Source: Eledone cirrhosa (taxonomy: Eukaryota). From it: a stretch of 64,000 nt of DNA. Below, piece after piece: positions 39,421 to 51,870 of this stretch. The stretch lies in the NCBI GenBank assembly GCA_964016885.1, contig OZ024742.1:107012001-107076000 (forward strand), given 5' to 3'. Numbering within the stretch: position 1 is the stretch's first letter; each line of letters begins with the position of its first letter. Both the position numbers and the translations under genes were made by a program. The notes beneath the pieces were generated by a model, which was not told where the DNA came from, did no database searches, and was given only the letters and a program-made list of their open reading frames with translations.

Positions 39421-39792
39421 AGCTACCTACTAAACTACAACTTACCCTGTTCTGCCAACACAATTTTCCCTTTTCTCATCACACCTATTGACCCACACAA
39501 TCCCAATAAACCATACCTTTTCAAATCTTTTCTCTCAGAGTGTCAACTTTCTGCAATTCCTATTGATTATTTACAAAATCAATTGACAAATTTAAATGAT
39601 GTATTTCATTACAAATATGGTAATGAACAGATTAAGTTTATATCTACAAAAAATATGGAAGGAATTCCAGAATGTTGATACTCTGAGAAAAAAGATTTGA
39701 AAAAGTAGTGACTATTGGGACTGTATGGGACAATAGGTGTAGTGAGAAGAGAGAAAAGTGTCAGTGGAGCAAGGAAGGCCATTCTAGTAGCT
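39421..39792. repeat. Diverged long inverted repeat (arms about 130-140 bp, spacer about 100 bp); old foldback/MITE
   Basis: 39421-39560 matches the reverse complement of 39661-39792; also visible as similar peptides in ORFs 39400+ and 39609-. Confidence 0.85.
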
Positions 39793-40519
39793 CGACCAGC
39801 ACTGCCTTGCCTGTTTTCGTGCGGGCCCCCATACCCCACAGTAGTGCTTGGCTCCATGCCCTGCCCTCCTTCTCCACTGGCACGCAGCTAGGCAACAATA
39901 GCCTGCGCATCAGCGTTTCCTTGAGGCTCGGCCTCCGGATCTGCGAGCCACACCAATGTCACTGTGGATCCACCGTGGACTCTTTAGGCCTCCACCTGCT
40001 TTCTTGTCACCACAGTGCTGGCCACCTTCCACGCCATGCTGCCCTCAACGAGGTCATAAAGCATGGCTTGGACGCTGCAGGCTTCCCTTTCCCAGCTCGA
40101 GCCAGTAGGGCTGGACCGAGGGGACGGCAAACCCCTCGTCTGGAATGCCACTTGCACCAACACTTTCTGCAACCGCAACCTGGTGGTCTGCGACTAACCC
40201 GGGTTCTGCTGCACGTCGTGCTGAGGAGGCCAAACTCCTCAAATACCGGTCGCTCTCCGACAGGTTTGTGGTTGTACCATTGGCAGTGGATACTTCTGGA
40301 GTCCTCGGTCCTAGGGCTACCTCCCAACTAACCACTATAGGTGCTGAGCTGGCCAGTTGCAGGTGTGAGCCCCATGAGTTGGAGTGGCTTTTCCAGCGAG
40401 TCTCCCTTGCCGTCAAAGTATTATATGAAATACATACAAGTATTATACGAAATACATTGCCGTCTAAGTATTATACGAAATACATACAACACACATCCCT
40501 GCATGTTGTGAGAGGCAAC
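39793..40519 (+). pseudogene. CRE-clade non-LTR retrotransposon C-terminal region (zinc knuckle plus restriction-like endonuclease), frameshifted
   Basis: SSAWLHALP...[30 protein letters not shown]...RHAALN; [11 protein letters not shown]; [13 protein letters not shown]...[11 protein letters not shown]...LFQRVSLAV...RGN. Confidence 0.88.
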
Positions 40520-40659
40520 AAAAAGGGTTGGCACCAGTGGGGAGATTTGGCTGTAAAACATTGCCTTAAAAAAATAAGTATAGATGCAAAACTTAAGTCT
40601 AGTAAACTTGTATTTATCAACACTTCATTCTTTTTTTTTTTTTTACTTGTTTCTGTCAT

Positions 40660-41130
40660 TAGACTGCAGCCATGCTGAGGCATCACCTTCATTTAGTCAA
40701 TCATATCAACCCCAGTACATATTTTTCAAGTTGGTACTTATTTTATCAATATCTTTTTATGGTTGAACCAAAGTTATGGGACATAAACACACACAAGCAT
40801 CTCTTCTCTTCTTGCTCTTCCCCAATGAAGCAGAGGTCATCCTAAGCCAGTGATCCTAAAGCATCATCATGCATAGAGCCGACAAGGCAGTCCCATGTAG
40901 CTCCTCTGCATCCTTCAAGGTGATGTCGAACCTCCGGAGATCTCCCCTGATGATATCCAGCCATCTGGTGCATGGCCTACTACCGGGCCCCTTTATATAT
41001 ATATATATGATGGACTTCTGCAGTTTCCACCTAACAAATTCCACTCACAAGCTATTGGTCAGCCATACAGCAGGGCCGAACCCAGAACCTGGTGGTTGCC
41101 CAGCAAACTCCTTAATCACCCAGCCTTATT
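40660..41130 (-). mobile_element. tRNA-headed SINE (second type) split by an RTE fragment at about 40800-40990
   Basis: gactgcagccatgctgaggcatcacc... and ttctgcagtttccacctaacaaattccactcacaagc...gaacccagaacc; the insert encodes RPCTRWLDIIRGDL. Confidence 0.6.
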
Positions 41131-41223
41131 TTAAAATATACATAAATATGTCTCTTGGTTATTTCAGATGAAAATATAAATTCCAATTGACACAATTTGT
41201 TTTTAAAAAACAAAACATGAAGT

Positions 41224-41227
<4 letters not shown>

Positions 41228-41311
<84 letters not shown>
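41228..41311. repeat. (TC)n(TA)n compound microsatellite
   Basis: Direct reading. Confidence 0.95.
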
Positions 41312-41312
<1 letters not shown>

Positions 41313-42699
41313 GTGGGAGGGGCTGAATTTATTAAACAAAGAAGATTTATTAGAAAACTCATGCATAACAAGCTACAGTTCGGACTGACAATTACCTATC
41401 ATGCATAAAAAGGCAGGCCCTGTTTATTTGTGTGGGGTGTGGAGGATTCTTATTATTGTAGACATATGGAGCTAATTAAAAGCACATCATTATAATCATG
41501 TCTGAAGAGAGAAGAAAACAAAATAAAAAGCCCATAGTATGTTGTTTTTTTTTAGATATAAACTACTGCAGCTCTTTCTTACAATTGATGTTGAGAAAAG
41601 ATAGCTGGCTGAGGACAAGATAATGATGAGTGTGAGGAATGGAAGGGAAAATACATGGTTGAGAGGCAGAGGAAGGGAGGAAAAGGCAAGCAAAGAAGGG
41701 GAAGGGGTGTGAAAGTGAGGACAGCTGTTAATTTGTTGTTGTCATTGCTGCTGTTGTTCTTAAAGAGAAACCATGCAAAGTAGGAATAACACTTCCTAAT
41801 GGAAGAGAGACTGTGGTACTCAGTGGCTCCATACTTTAAGCCATTAGATGATATGCAACAGGGTTACCTGGAATTGATTTTGGTAAAAGAGAGAATGAAA
41901 AAATAAGAGAGAGAGAGTAAAGGAACAAGCATAAAAGAGAGAGAGAGTAAAGGAACAAGCATAAAAGAGAGAGCAAAGAATAAGCATGAGAGGTGGAGTA
42001 AACAAGGCAGTTGATAGCTATTTTCGTGAAGAGAGATCAAAAGGAAATAATATTAATGAGAAACAAGTGTTTCATAAGACAAAAAAGATGTTATGTAGGC
42101 TTCCTTCTGTTACATATACTTACATCTAATTTTCAAGAAGGATATCAACCAAACAAAGAGTCAGGAGGTCTCTTCAGTAGTGTCAAAGATACCTCTATAG
42201 TGTTGGTGATCTACATGAATAACGCATCTAGTATACTCTGAAAAGTTCTTGTTGATAAGGGTATCCAGCTGTTGAAAACCTGCCAAACAAAGGGTCGGGA
42301 GGACTCTTCAGTTGTGTCAGAGATATGACAACCTCTCTGGTGCTAGTGCCACAATAAAATGCACTCAGTAGTGTGCAGAAAAGTATGTGAGATGTAGCTC
42401 TTCCCTTGTTATCTGAGAGGTCAGTAGCTCTGCTTGAGTACTGACTCGGTTGGTGATGACCCATTAAACTCTTGCTAGCAGGGAAGATGGATGTTAAAAG
42501 ATGATAGTGGCAGTGGGGGTGTGACATCATGATGATATCTATCTCCAGGTGTTTCATAGAGAGAAACTTCTGAGTTGGTGTTTTTAAGTGGCAAAATATG
42601 CTTTGTGATAATGTTATACATGATAATGAAAGAGTAACAACAATGATTTTGATGATGATGATGAACACTTACAGAATCCTAATATTTCATATATATATA

Positions 42700-43030
42700 T
42701 CATCATCATCATCATCGTTTAACGTCCGTGTTCCACGCTTGCATGGGTTTGGACGGAGGGTTTTCCCACTTGAGGCAAGAGTGGTTATCTTGCTCGCATA
42801 GGACTATCTGGCAGGTTTTCTACAGCTGGATGCCCTTCCTAACACCAACCACATTTACAGTGTGGGGCTGGGAGGTTTTTACCGTGTTGCCTACACGGCC
42901 ACATTACAGCGTGAACTGTGTGTTTTTTGACGTGACACCTACACGATCTCATTTGTTTCGGCCTGGATGTTGTGGCACCAACATAACTTTACATTGAAAG
43001 GGGCGGTGTGGATGGGGTGGGGGTGGTGGG
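42700..43030 (-). mobile_element. Young RTE LINE 3'UTR copy (5'-truncated)
   Basis: Highly similar to 11097-11416; (TA)n on both flanks. Confidence 0.92.
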
Positions 43031-43047
43031 ATATATATATATATAAG

Positions 43048-43121
43048 ACCATATAGGCCTCAATTAGAACATAAATAAATCCAAACCATATAGGCCTCAA
43101 TTAGAACATAAATAAATCCAA
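43048..43121 (+). repeat. Perfect 37-bp tandem duplication
   Basis: accatataggcctcaattagaacataaataaatccaa twice. Confidence 0.9.
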
Positions 43122-43740
43122 ACCAAATACAGGCCACCATAAAACCAAGCAAACACAAATCACAATCCTACAATCAACATTCTATCCAAAACCATACAAC
43201 ATTAGCCATAAATTAAATTCAAACACATCCTTCAAAACGGTACTCTTAGCCAAACAACGGCCAGTTTGCACCAATTACTGGTATGATGGTGATGGACATC
43301 ATCAGGCTGCAGCTATCGTGTTCATTTCAATATCATTCTGCATATATTTGAGAAGAGTCATGGGAAATGTTAATATCCTTAACTTTCCTCCTAAGGATGT
43401 TAATAACGATGCCATGATTGTTTAGCCATGTGACAGCACTGAAGGAAAAGACTTATCACCAAAGGTGTTCCACTCATAACCACATCATCCTTTTCTTGGG
43501 CATTGCATATACAGAGGACTACATTACTCAATATAATTCTCCCTTTTCAAAATGATAGGGTATAATTTGAGGGATATTTGGCAGCTTTTTCTAGCAGTTC
43601 AAGTAACCTTGAAGGGTCTACCTTGGCTCATGAGTAACATTACATAAAAAAGTGTGAATTGGATTTTCCCCCCAAAAAAAATAACTTAAACCCACCACAG
43701 CACCCTTTAAAAAAATTACAAAAGAGTAGGGGGTAGCTAA

Positions 43741-43954
43741 AATAATAATTTCTTCTAACAAAAGCACAAGGCCAGTAATGTGGGAGGAGGAAGTCAATTA
43801 AATTGACTTCCATTCTTTACTGGTACTTTATTTTATCAACCCCAGAAATATGAAAGGCAAAGTTGACCTCAGTGGGATTTGAACTCATAATGTAAAGGGT
43901 CATAACTAAATACTGAAAAGCATTTTGTCCAACATGTTACGTTCTGCCAATCCA
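43741..43954 (-). mobile_element. SINE family A, older subfamily
   Basis: gcacaaggccag...tggtactttattttatcaacccc...tgaaaggcaaagttgacctc...atttgaactc...ttctgccaatcc. Confidence 0.85.
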
Positions 43955-45156
43955 AAAATAATAATGAAAACAGGATGAGAGAAAGAGAAGAGCACCAGGA
44001 TGAGATGAAGAAAATTATGAAGACAACATAAGCGTAAACATAACATTTTACACAAATGTAAGAAAATCTTTCTAGTTACTGTAAACCTTCTCTTGCAGAC
44101 TATCTCAATACATTAATAATACAATAGTGAAAACATGTGGCCTAGTGTTTAGGGTGTTAGACTTACAATCATAAGGTTGTAGATTTGGTTCCTTGACTGG
44201 ACAGTGCATTTTGATCTTAGTAAAATACTGTATTTCACACTGCTCCTTCTGTTAGGAGTTTCAACTGACAGATAGTATCCTAATACAAACTTATTGAAAG
44301 CTGCAAACCTTGTAAATCAGAGGCTATCGAAGGGAGCATTGCACAGTAAAGTCATACAAACTCCCACAAATAAAATTTCACAAATAACTTTTGGTAAACA
44401 AAAGTTCATGATTCAGTTCTAGTTCAGGTTTGAATCAATTTTATTTTAAGCTGCTTAATGCTACTGGGAAGGCCATAAATATCACAACCTTCCCAATCTT
44501 CTTCAAGTCTGCATAATAAATCATTAGTATTTATCTTTAACTATGTTCAAATGATACCAGCATAATTTTAGTCTTTCTTCCCATAGAAGTTGATGAAGAA
44601 AGTACCAGTAAGACACGGAGTAAGAAGGGGAGGAGAGACAATCACCTTCAATTGACTGATTTCTCCTTCCCTCTACATCTTACAAAAATTGGCATTTTGC
44701 CTCAGAGAAATAGCATTATTTATCATTAAAATTCCAAAGACAGATGTTTAAATATTTTTTAATGACATTCTCTTTTTATCAGAACTAGAGTTGATAGAAG
44801 AAAACAGAATAAAAATAATAATAAAGAACTGAATTATAGTAGAAATAACCTCACCAGCAAGTGTAATTAGAATTATAAGGTCAGCTGGGTGCAGTGTTGA
44901 GGCGGAGAAGGAAGATGATAGGAGTGAGGAGAGTAATAAACAAACAAATAAAAGCTTTGAGAATAAAATATGCTTCCTAGTTTGAAGTTTCAGTAATACA
45001 AAATGTTTTAGTAAGTCACGCATGGGTCAGGTAATAAGAATATGAAGGGCTCAGAAAAGTAGGAGAATGTTAATGGCATATTTGTGTTAATGTATGTATA
45101 GACCTGTAACTCCTGATGGAGCCATAGTGACATACATCATGTATTGGGCATTTTAA

Positions 45157-45361
45157 TCCTTTAGCATTTACATTACTCTATATTTACTATTGTATTTTCA
45201 CGGTAAAGGCTTTATCTCACATAATATCAAATTTATGAGATTTTGATATTTATTTTGAGAACAATACCTTCACATCAGTATGAGTAACTAATTACAGCCA
45301 GTTTGAACAGAAAGAGGTGAGAGAATTCTGGTCGGATACAGCCGCTTTAAATGCTAAATTG
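45157..45361. mobile_element. piggyBac-like MITE family 1, copy 3, inside a SINE tail
   Basis: TTAA on both sides; splits a minus-strand family A/tail C SINE (45097-45612). Confidence 0.85.
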
Positions 45362-45729
45362 TTAAACCTGGTAGAGCCCATCCCATCTCCAGGTCTAAAC
45401 ACAGTTTATTTTTTAAAAGGAGAGAGTGATAGATAAGAAGTGACAAAGATATATAGGGGAAGAATCAATCCTAGTACTGGACTGGTCCTTTTTTAATCAA
45501 CCAGCAATGTAAGACAAAGTTGACCTCGTCACAGGATTTGAACTTAGAACGCAGAGGGCCAAAACAAATACTGCAAAGCATTCTACCTGAATTCTACCAA
45601 CTCTGTCAATTGGCTATCTAATATGGAACTTTAAATGGTAAAAGACTCTTCTTAGTCAGGGTGTACCTTAATTCCTAAATGGGTACATTACAATGGGGAA
45701 CTTTTATAAGTGAATCACAGAGAAATTAA

Positions 45730-45921
45730 CCATTTCATTACAAAATTTCTAATAAAATACACTGCCTGAGTATTTCAATTGATTTTGAAAATATTCAAGT
45801 ATTTGTTAGGTTTTACTAAAATAACTCAGTTTTCTGTTACTTAGCTGGTGTTTGAAATATAAAATTATGATGGAAGGTTTAAATTTAAGTAGGAATACTA
45901 TCCAGTTTGGTATCAAAAGGG
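45730..45921. mobile_element. MITE family 2
   Basis: TTAA-ccatttc...caaaaggg-TTAA. Confidence 0.75.
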
Positions 45922-47119
45922 TTAAAGCTCTGTAGAGGTTTATGTTGAAATAAACTGTTTGTTTAAAATTGACAGAGGAATTCACCAAAGGAAAATTGTA
46001 GTTGAGAATTAGTTTAAAATAAACAGCTACTGAAAATACATATCAGTTTGCTTATTTCTATTATTATTATCATCATCATCACTACTATTGCTATCAATAC
46101 TACACTGACTACCACCACTATTTTCATTATTATTGTTATTATGATTTTTTTTTTTTTTCTGATATCAGTTGTAACAGAAATTTGCTGGAAAACCTCAGAA
46201 AATACTTGGAAAAATTATCTAGAGTTTTGCAAGTCACAGTTCTTAAAGAAATAAATAGACTTGGAAAATTATGGAGGAGAAGTAGAATTGTTTTCTTTTG
46301 CACAAGTGTAGATAAAATTAAAGGACACCTCACCTACTCCAAAATATATAAATAAAAAATGAATTGTGGCATATTACAAGTATACATACTCTCATACACA
46401 TTGACCAGCTCAATTTGGAAGTAGATTTTAACTGAATATGATCTGTTACAAGTTTTTCTGGTACTTTCCAATCCTGTGTGAGTGTGTGTGGCCAGGTTTA
46501 AAAAGGGCAATCAACACATAATACAGAAGTTGAAAATATTTTATATTAACAAATTGACTTATGCATACATTACTAGTGGGACATAAACACATCCAACCCT
46601 TTCTAAATGCTTCAAAATAAGTGATGGAAAATGGAGATGTTATGAAGCATATTATAAAGGGCCTCCATTGGTTGGTTCAGTTCATATGGTGATGTCAGCA
46701 AAGACAGCTATTTTCAGTCACTGATCGTGGGGAGGTTTTAGGCAACCTGAACATCAGTATGAGGGCAGTTGTTTTTTCAGCAGCAATCTACATATCTGAT
46801 GTCACTGTAAGATTAATGCATGCAGGCCACTGCTCTGTCTGGCCCATCACACTGAAACTAGTATATACATGTTCTCCAAAAGACATCAACATTAATCCTA
46901 CAGTGACATCAGCTATATAGACCCCAAAAGAATGAAAGGCAAAGTTGACCTTGGCAGGATTTGAATTCAAAATATAAAAGCTTGTAACTAAATACCATAT
47001 AGTATTTTGTCTGAATATAATGATTCTACCAATCCTGTTGTTAACATCAGCTCCAGGCCAGAAAACTGACCAATACTTCATTTTATTGACCCCGAAAGAA
47101 TTAAATAAAAATAACAGTA

Positions 47120-47470
47120 ATAAAAGAAAAGCGTTCTAATTGATGTATCAATCCCCATGGATGACAGTATATCTATCAAGGAAATGAGAAATTATCCAAA
47201 TATAAAGATCTGGAGATAGAAATAACCCGAATGTGGATGATGAAAACAAAAAGCAATCCCTATAATAATAGGTACTCTGGTAATGATAAAAAAAATCACA
47301 TAGACAGCTACATAAGCAAAACCCCAGGGCTTACAAATAACTGCAATATACAGACAATTACACTACTAGGTGCAGCACACATATTACAAAGAATACTCTT
47401 AATACAAAAGAAACAACGAAAACAACACTACTCATAAGCATACAATAAAATTAAAATAACAATAATAATA
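47120..47470 (+). pseudogene. R4/Dong-clade non-LTR retrotransposon endonuclease C-terminus and tail
   Basis: LIDVSIPMD...KE..(fs)KLSKYKDLEIEITRMWMMKTKAIPIIIGTL...QTITLLGAAHILQRIL; (TAA)-like tail. Confidence 0.85.
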
Positions 47471-49365
47471 TAGATTGAAATCATAATCATTTAAGAGAGC
47501 TTGCCATATGTGGAAATTTCCATATATGGTAATGCTAACTTTCCACAGCTAGCAGACCAGAGAGTTAAATTCCTCATATATTATTTCAATAAAAATAAAG
47601 AAACAAAAATGAGAAGCTCTACTTTCTAAATATTGAATAATTAATTATGAAGGGCTTCTTTACAAGTAATATGTCATTGAACTCAGAAAAGTCAGTGTGA
47701 AAACTTGACCTTAACTTCAATAGTGTGTATCAATCTTAAGTGTATGTGTACCAGTCTATCTCAGAACATGCATGCGCAATAGTATGCATACACACATATT
47801 TTTATTATAAATACTGAACACTCCCAAGACTTAGCTATCAAAATGAACATTAACATAAAACTATATATGAGTGTGTGTATGAAAGAGAAAGAGAGAGAGA
47901 GAGAGATTTCTTGACTAAACAGAGTCTAGACACAATTTCTAAGCTTATGCTGATAACTCATTTTGCTTAAATTTATTCTTGCTTCTAGTAAAGGCATGAA
48001 TACCACAGTTTAACAATTCAACTATCATGGAAAGAAAGTTCTGTATGCATGATTTTTCATATGTTCATACACACACACACGCGTGCGCGCATGTGTATGT
48101 AGGTACACTCATAGACTGTGTGTGTACGTAAGTGTGTGTATACACACACACACACACACAAACATATACCAACAATTATATGATACCTAATATCATCATC
48201 ATGTATTTAGGTCAACACACACAGATTCATTCATCCTTGATGGATACAGCAACTACCATAATATCTGAACTGTATAAAATCCAGTATGGGATTAAGATCT
48301 TATTACAGAAATATAAAAATAATATACAAAATAATCTCAAATCTTTATGCTATATAACATACATATAAAACAGTTTGCCAACATATTTCCATGGTTGATG
48401 AAATACTATCTAGATATTTAAGAGAGGCCATGCCATATTCCAGAGACTCAGTAGCACCGGAAATTGAATTAAAATTTAAGGAGGTTTGTTTTAATGTTTT
48501 CATTTTTGTTTGTTTTGAAATGTAACTACTATAACTATATAACTAGAACTACTAGAACTATAACTCTTATATGTAACTATATAACTAGAACTACTATAAC
48601 TCTTATCACCATGAACCACATGAAACCACATTAGCCAAATATTCTTGAACAGTATAAAATAGGATTGATGACTATGTATGTTACATAAATTAAAGTCTTT
48701 ACTTTAATACTGAAAAATTTCACAAGTCTGTCTAACAGTAAAGATATCATAAGCATATGAATTGACAAACCCAGAGATATTTTCTGCAAAATTATTAGAG
48801 GATGTTAAGAGTTAATAATGTTATTAAAATATTTATTAACAATTAGTAATCAGGCTTCTCTTAAAGCAGGCTAAGGAAAGAACCACTACATAGTTGTACA
48901 ACCTGCTAGCAACAGCTACAAAATCTCCAATAAATGACACCCTGCCTTCTTAAAAAAGGAAGTACACATTGGATTTTAAAATAGGATGGACTAGGCAAGA
49001 AAAGGTCTGTTCAGATCAGGAGTGACATAAAGGCTAAAAAACAATAACTTTAAAAAAAAAAGGTTGAAAACTTGAAAACTTAAACATTTGTTCTTATTGT
49101 TGTAACTTCTGCTGCTGTTGTTCTTGTTGGCAATGGTGGAGAAAGAGAAGAGAGAGAAAGTATGTTGACCTAAATTTTTAAACATATCAACAGTACTTAC
49201 TCTTGTGACATACACTCAATACAACAGTATCTTGGCTTAAATCATATGTAAAGAACAGATCCACAGATGGCCAGGCCAGTTAACAGAGCATCAGACAACC
49301 AGTCAAACATTTACAGTTTGCATCACAACACAAACATTGTATTGGATCTAAGGCTAGTGTGTTTA

Positions 49366-49838
49366 ACTCTTTTATTATCATATTTCTAATAAAAAAAACA
49401 TAGCCAATTATTTTGAAAGTATGTTAGCCTAATGTAAGCTGCTTCAATGCATAAGTTGGGCATATAAGCCAATATAGACAAAAAAAAAAAAGAACTGTAT
49501 CACCTATGGGTATCGAACTCACACTTATCATATGCTGGACAGCTGTACTACGATTGAACTAAAGTGAAACTGGCCATTTAATCATTATTTTTAAACCTTA
49601 TCTATCAGCCAGTGGATGTAAACAAAGAATCTATTTCCTATTATTTTCAACTAATTTTGAAAATAATCAACAGTTTGGAGGAATTTAGTACTATAACTAA
49701 TTTTCTTAATATTAAATTAACAAGGATTTTTACATAAATTTATGATGGTATGTTTTTAAATAAATATAAACACTTTAAAATAAATAGCTTTATATTGTAG
49801 AACCAACGGCGATTTCAGGCAATTTAGAATCAAAAGGG
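49366..49838. mobile_element. MITE family 2 carrying a ~190-bp insert
   Basis: TTAA-ctcttttta...caaaaggg-TTAA; foreign sequence at about 49430-49620. Confidence 0.7.
49500..49567 (-). pseudogene. tRNA-like Pol III unit (degenerate, possibly Ala-AGC related)
   Basis: Minus strand: tcactt-tagttcaatcgtag (A box)-...ccagcat...-gagttcgatac (B box)-aggtga, acceptor-like pairing, T-run terminator about 9 nt downstream. Confidence 0.5.
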
Positions 49839-50989
49839 TTAACTCACAACAGTTAACTTGCATTCAGTTAGTATAAGTAATCCACTATGGTAAGCAGTAG
49901 GAGTACTGTGGAATCTATGAGCATTATATTGGCATGCATAACTGAGTCCAATTATTTCCTTCAGAAACGTTACCAAGCAGATGTCCATGATGGAGATTTA
50001 TTACTCATCAGCTTAATACCTTATAGTAAGGAAACTGAGGTTGGCCATGAGCTCTGTGAATGCTTGTGATTAGAAAGTAATAGATTGGGGGTGAGCTAAA
50101 ACTGGCTCTGTTTCTATGAAACAAAACCACTTATTTTAGAGAGTTTCAATTTAAATTCAAATCTTCCAATGTAATTTTATATAAAATCTTTGTTAAATAC
50201 CACCTTAATAATGAAATAACAATTTTAGTAAACTGCTCCAGGGATTGAAATACAATGTATTTCATTATAAATATAGTAATGAAAGGGTTATGATATGCTC
50301 TTGGTCCAATATCTTAAGAGCATTTCAGCCATGTTTTGGTGAGTAATATTCAAGGTTGATGTGTCCAATCAAGCCCTGACTTACCAAGAAAGAATGATCT
50401 CATCTATTTGTTTTTAAGTCACACTCTATTCCACAAAAGTACTATGTAAGAAATCAGACTTCTCTGTGTGACATACAAAACATCAATTTAAAATATACAG
50501 TAAATTGTAAATGTTGTATGTGAAATGGCAGTGCAACATATAACCAGTGAGCTTATAGACTTATACATGAGTATAAGTGTAATATACACAAGTATAGCAA
50601 CACTCAAGCTATCAAACAGATTCCTAACTAATCTATTCTACAAATATATAATAAAGACTCTTCAGTTGTGCTATAGGGGTAACAGCTTTCCTAGTGCTGG
50701 TGCCATAATAAAATGCATTTGCTAGAGCACAAGATCTTATGTAAGTGAGATGTGGGGTCTGGTCCATCAAAAATGGTCAGGAACTCCCCTTGAGTACTAA
50801 CTGATCTGTGATGAATCGCCCAACCCTTGCTACGGGAAAACGAATGTTAAACCATGATAATGATTTATAAACTTTTGTAGGGGAGACAGTAAATTGGAGA
50901 AGTAATTACATTGATCCAAGAACTTGACTGGTACTTGTTTTGTTAATCCCAGAAGAATGAGAGACCAAACTAACACCAATAGGATTTAA

Positions 50990-51210
50990 CCCTTTAGCAT
51001 TTAAACCGGTCATATCCAGCCAGAATTCTCTCACTCCTTTCTCTTCAAACCAGCTGTAACTGGCCACTCATACTTATGTTAAGGTATTGTTCTCAAAATA
51101 AATAATATCAAAATCTCATAGCTTCAATATTATTTGAGATATTTATGGGAGATAAAGTGTTTACCACAAAAATATAATAGTATATATAAAGTAATGTAAA
51201 TGCTAAAGGG
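50990..51210. mobile_element. piggyBac-like MITE family 1, copy 4, inside a family A SINE
   Basis: Perfect TTAA TSD; removal restores ggatttaaactcag of the SINE B-box region (SINE at about 50870-51285, minus). Confidence 0.92.
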
Positions 51211-51379
51211 TTAAACTCAGATGGTAAAAGGACATAACTAAATACTGCAAGACACTTAATACATCACTTTACCAATTCTTCCATAGCCACTGCCCTTTTA
51301 CAATATAAGTTAAATGTAAAGAGCAAAAGTCTAAAGTAACTTCCAGTATTTAGCTCAACAGCATTCAGTCACCAGGAAG

Positions 51380-51870
51380 AAGCAAGGTAGTTGTAAAAGC
51401 CAATCTCACTATCTTCAATTTGGTATTCGTGTCAACCCTTACCTATAGTCATGAATCTTAAGTAACAACCGAAAGAATAAGATCGCTAATACAAGTGATT
51501 GAAATGAGGCTCCTCTAAAGAGTTTCTGGAGCAATGTTACACTATAGAGTGCGTAGCTCGGAGATCAGAGAGTTGCTCCAGGTAGAGCTGCTACTACTCC
51601 AAATTAAAAGATAACAGCTCTGATATTATGAACATGTGGTTACAATGTCTCAAGAAAGAATCGCTGAACAGATTGTACAAGCAAAACCAACAGGCAAGAA
51701 ACCCAAGAGTAGACCCTAAGCAAGATGGTTGGATAACGTCCATGAGTTCAGCTGGTTTCGCTTGGAAAGGGTTGCTTCTGATAGGAACTGCTGGAAGGCA
51801 TGCTTGAGGACTCTGCCCCCAATGACCTTCTCATAAAGCAAGAGGAGGAAGAAAAGAAGAAAAAGAAGAA
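51380..51870 (+). mobile_element. RTE-clade (Expander/Rex3-like) LINE 3' fragment, many stops
   Basis: STLTYSHES*VTTERIRSLIQVIEMRLL*RVSG...RVRSSEIRE...KPTGKKPKSRP*ARWLDNV; (GAA) tail. Confidence 0.85.

Noticed and set aside
40438-40490. tatacgaa resembling a loxP half-site
   Set aside because: Only about 9-10 bp match, with no inverted partner or spacer; chance similarity
39708-40678. 207-aa and 177-aa ORFs as host genes
   Set aside because: Frameshifted pieces of one CRE retrotransposon ORF with read-through into flanks
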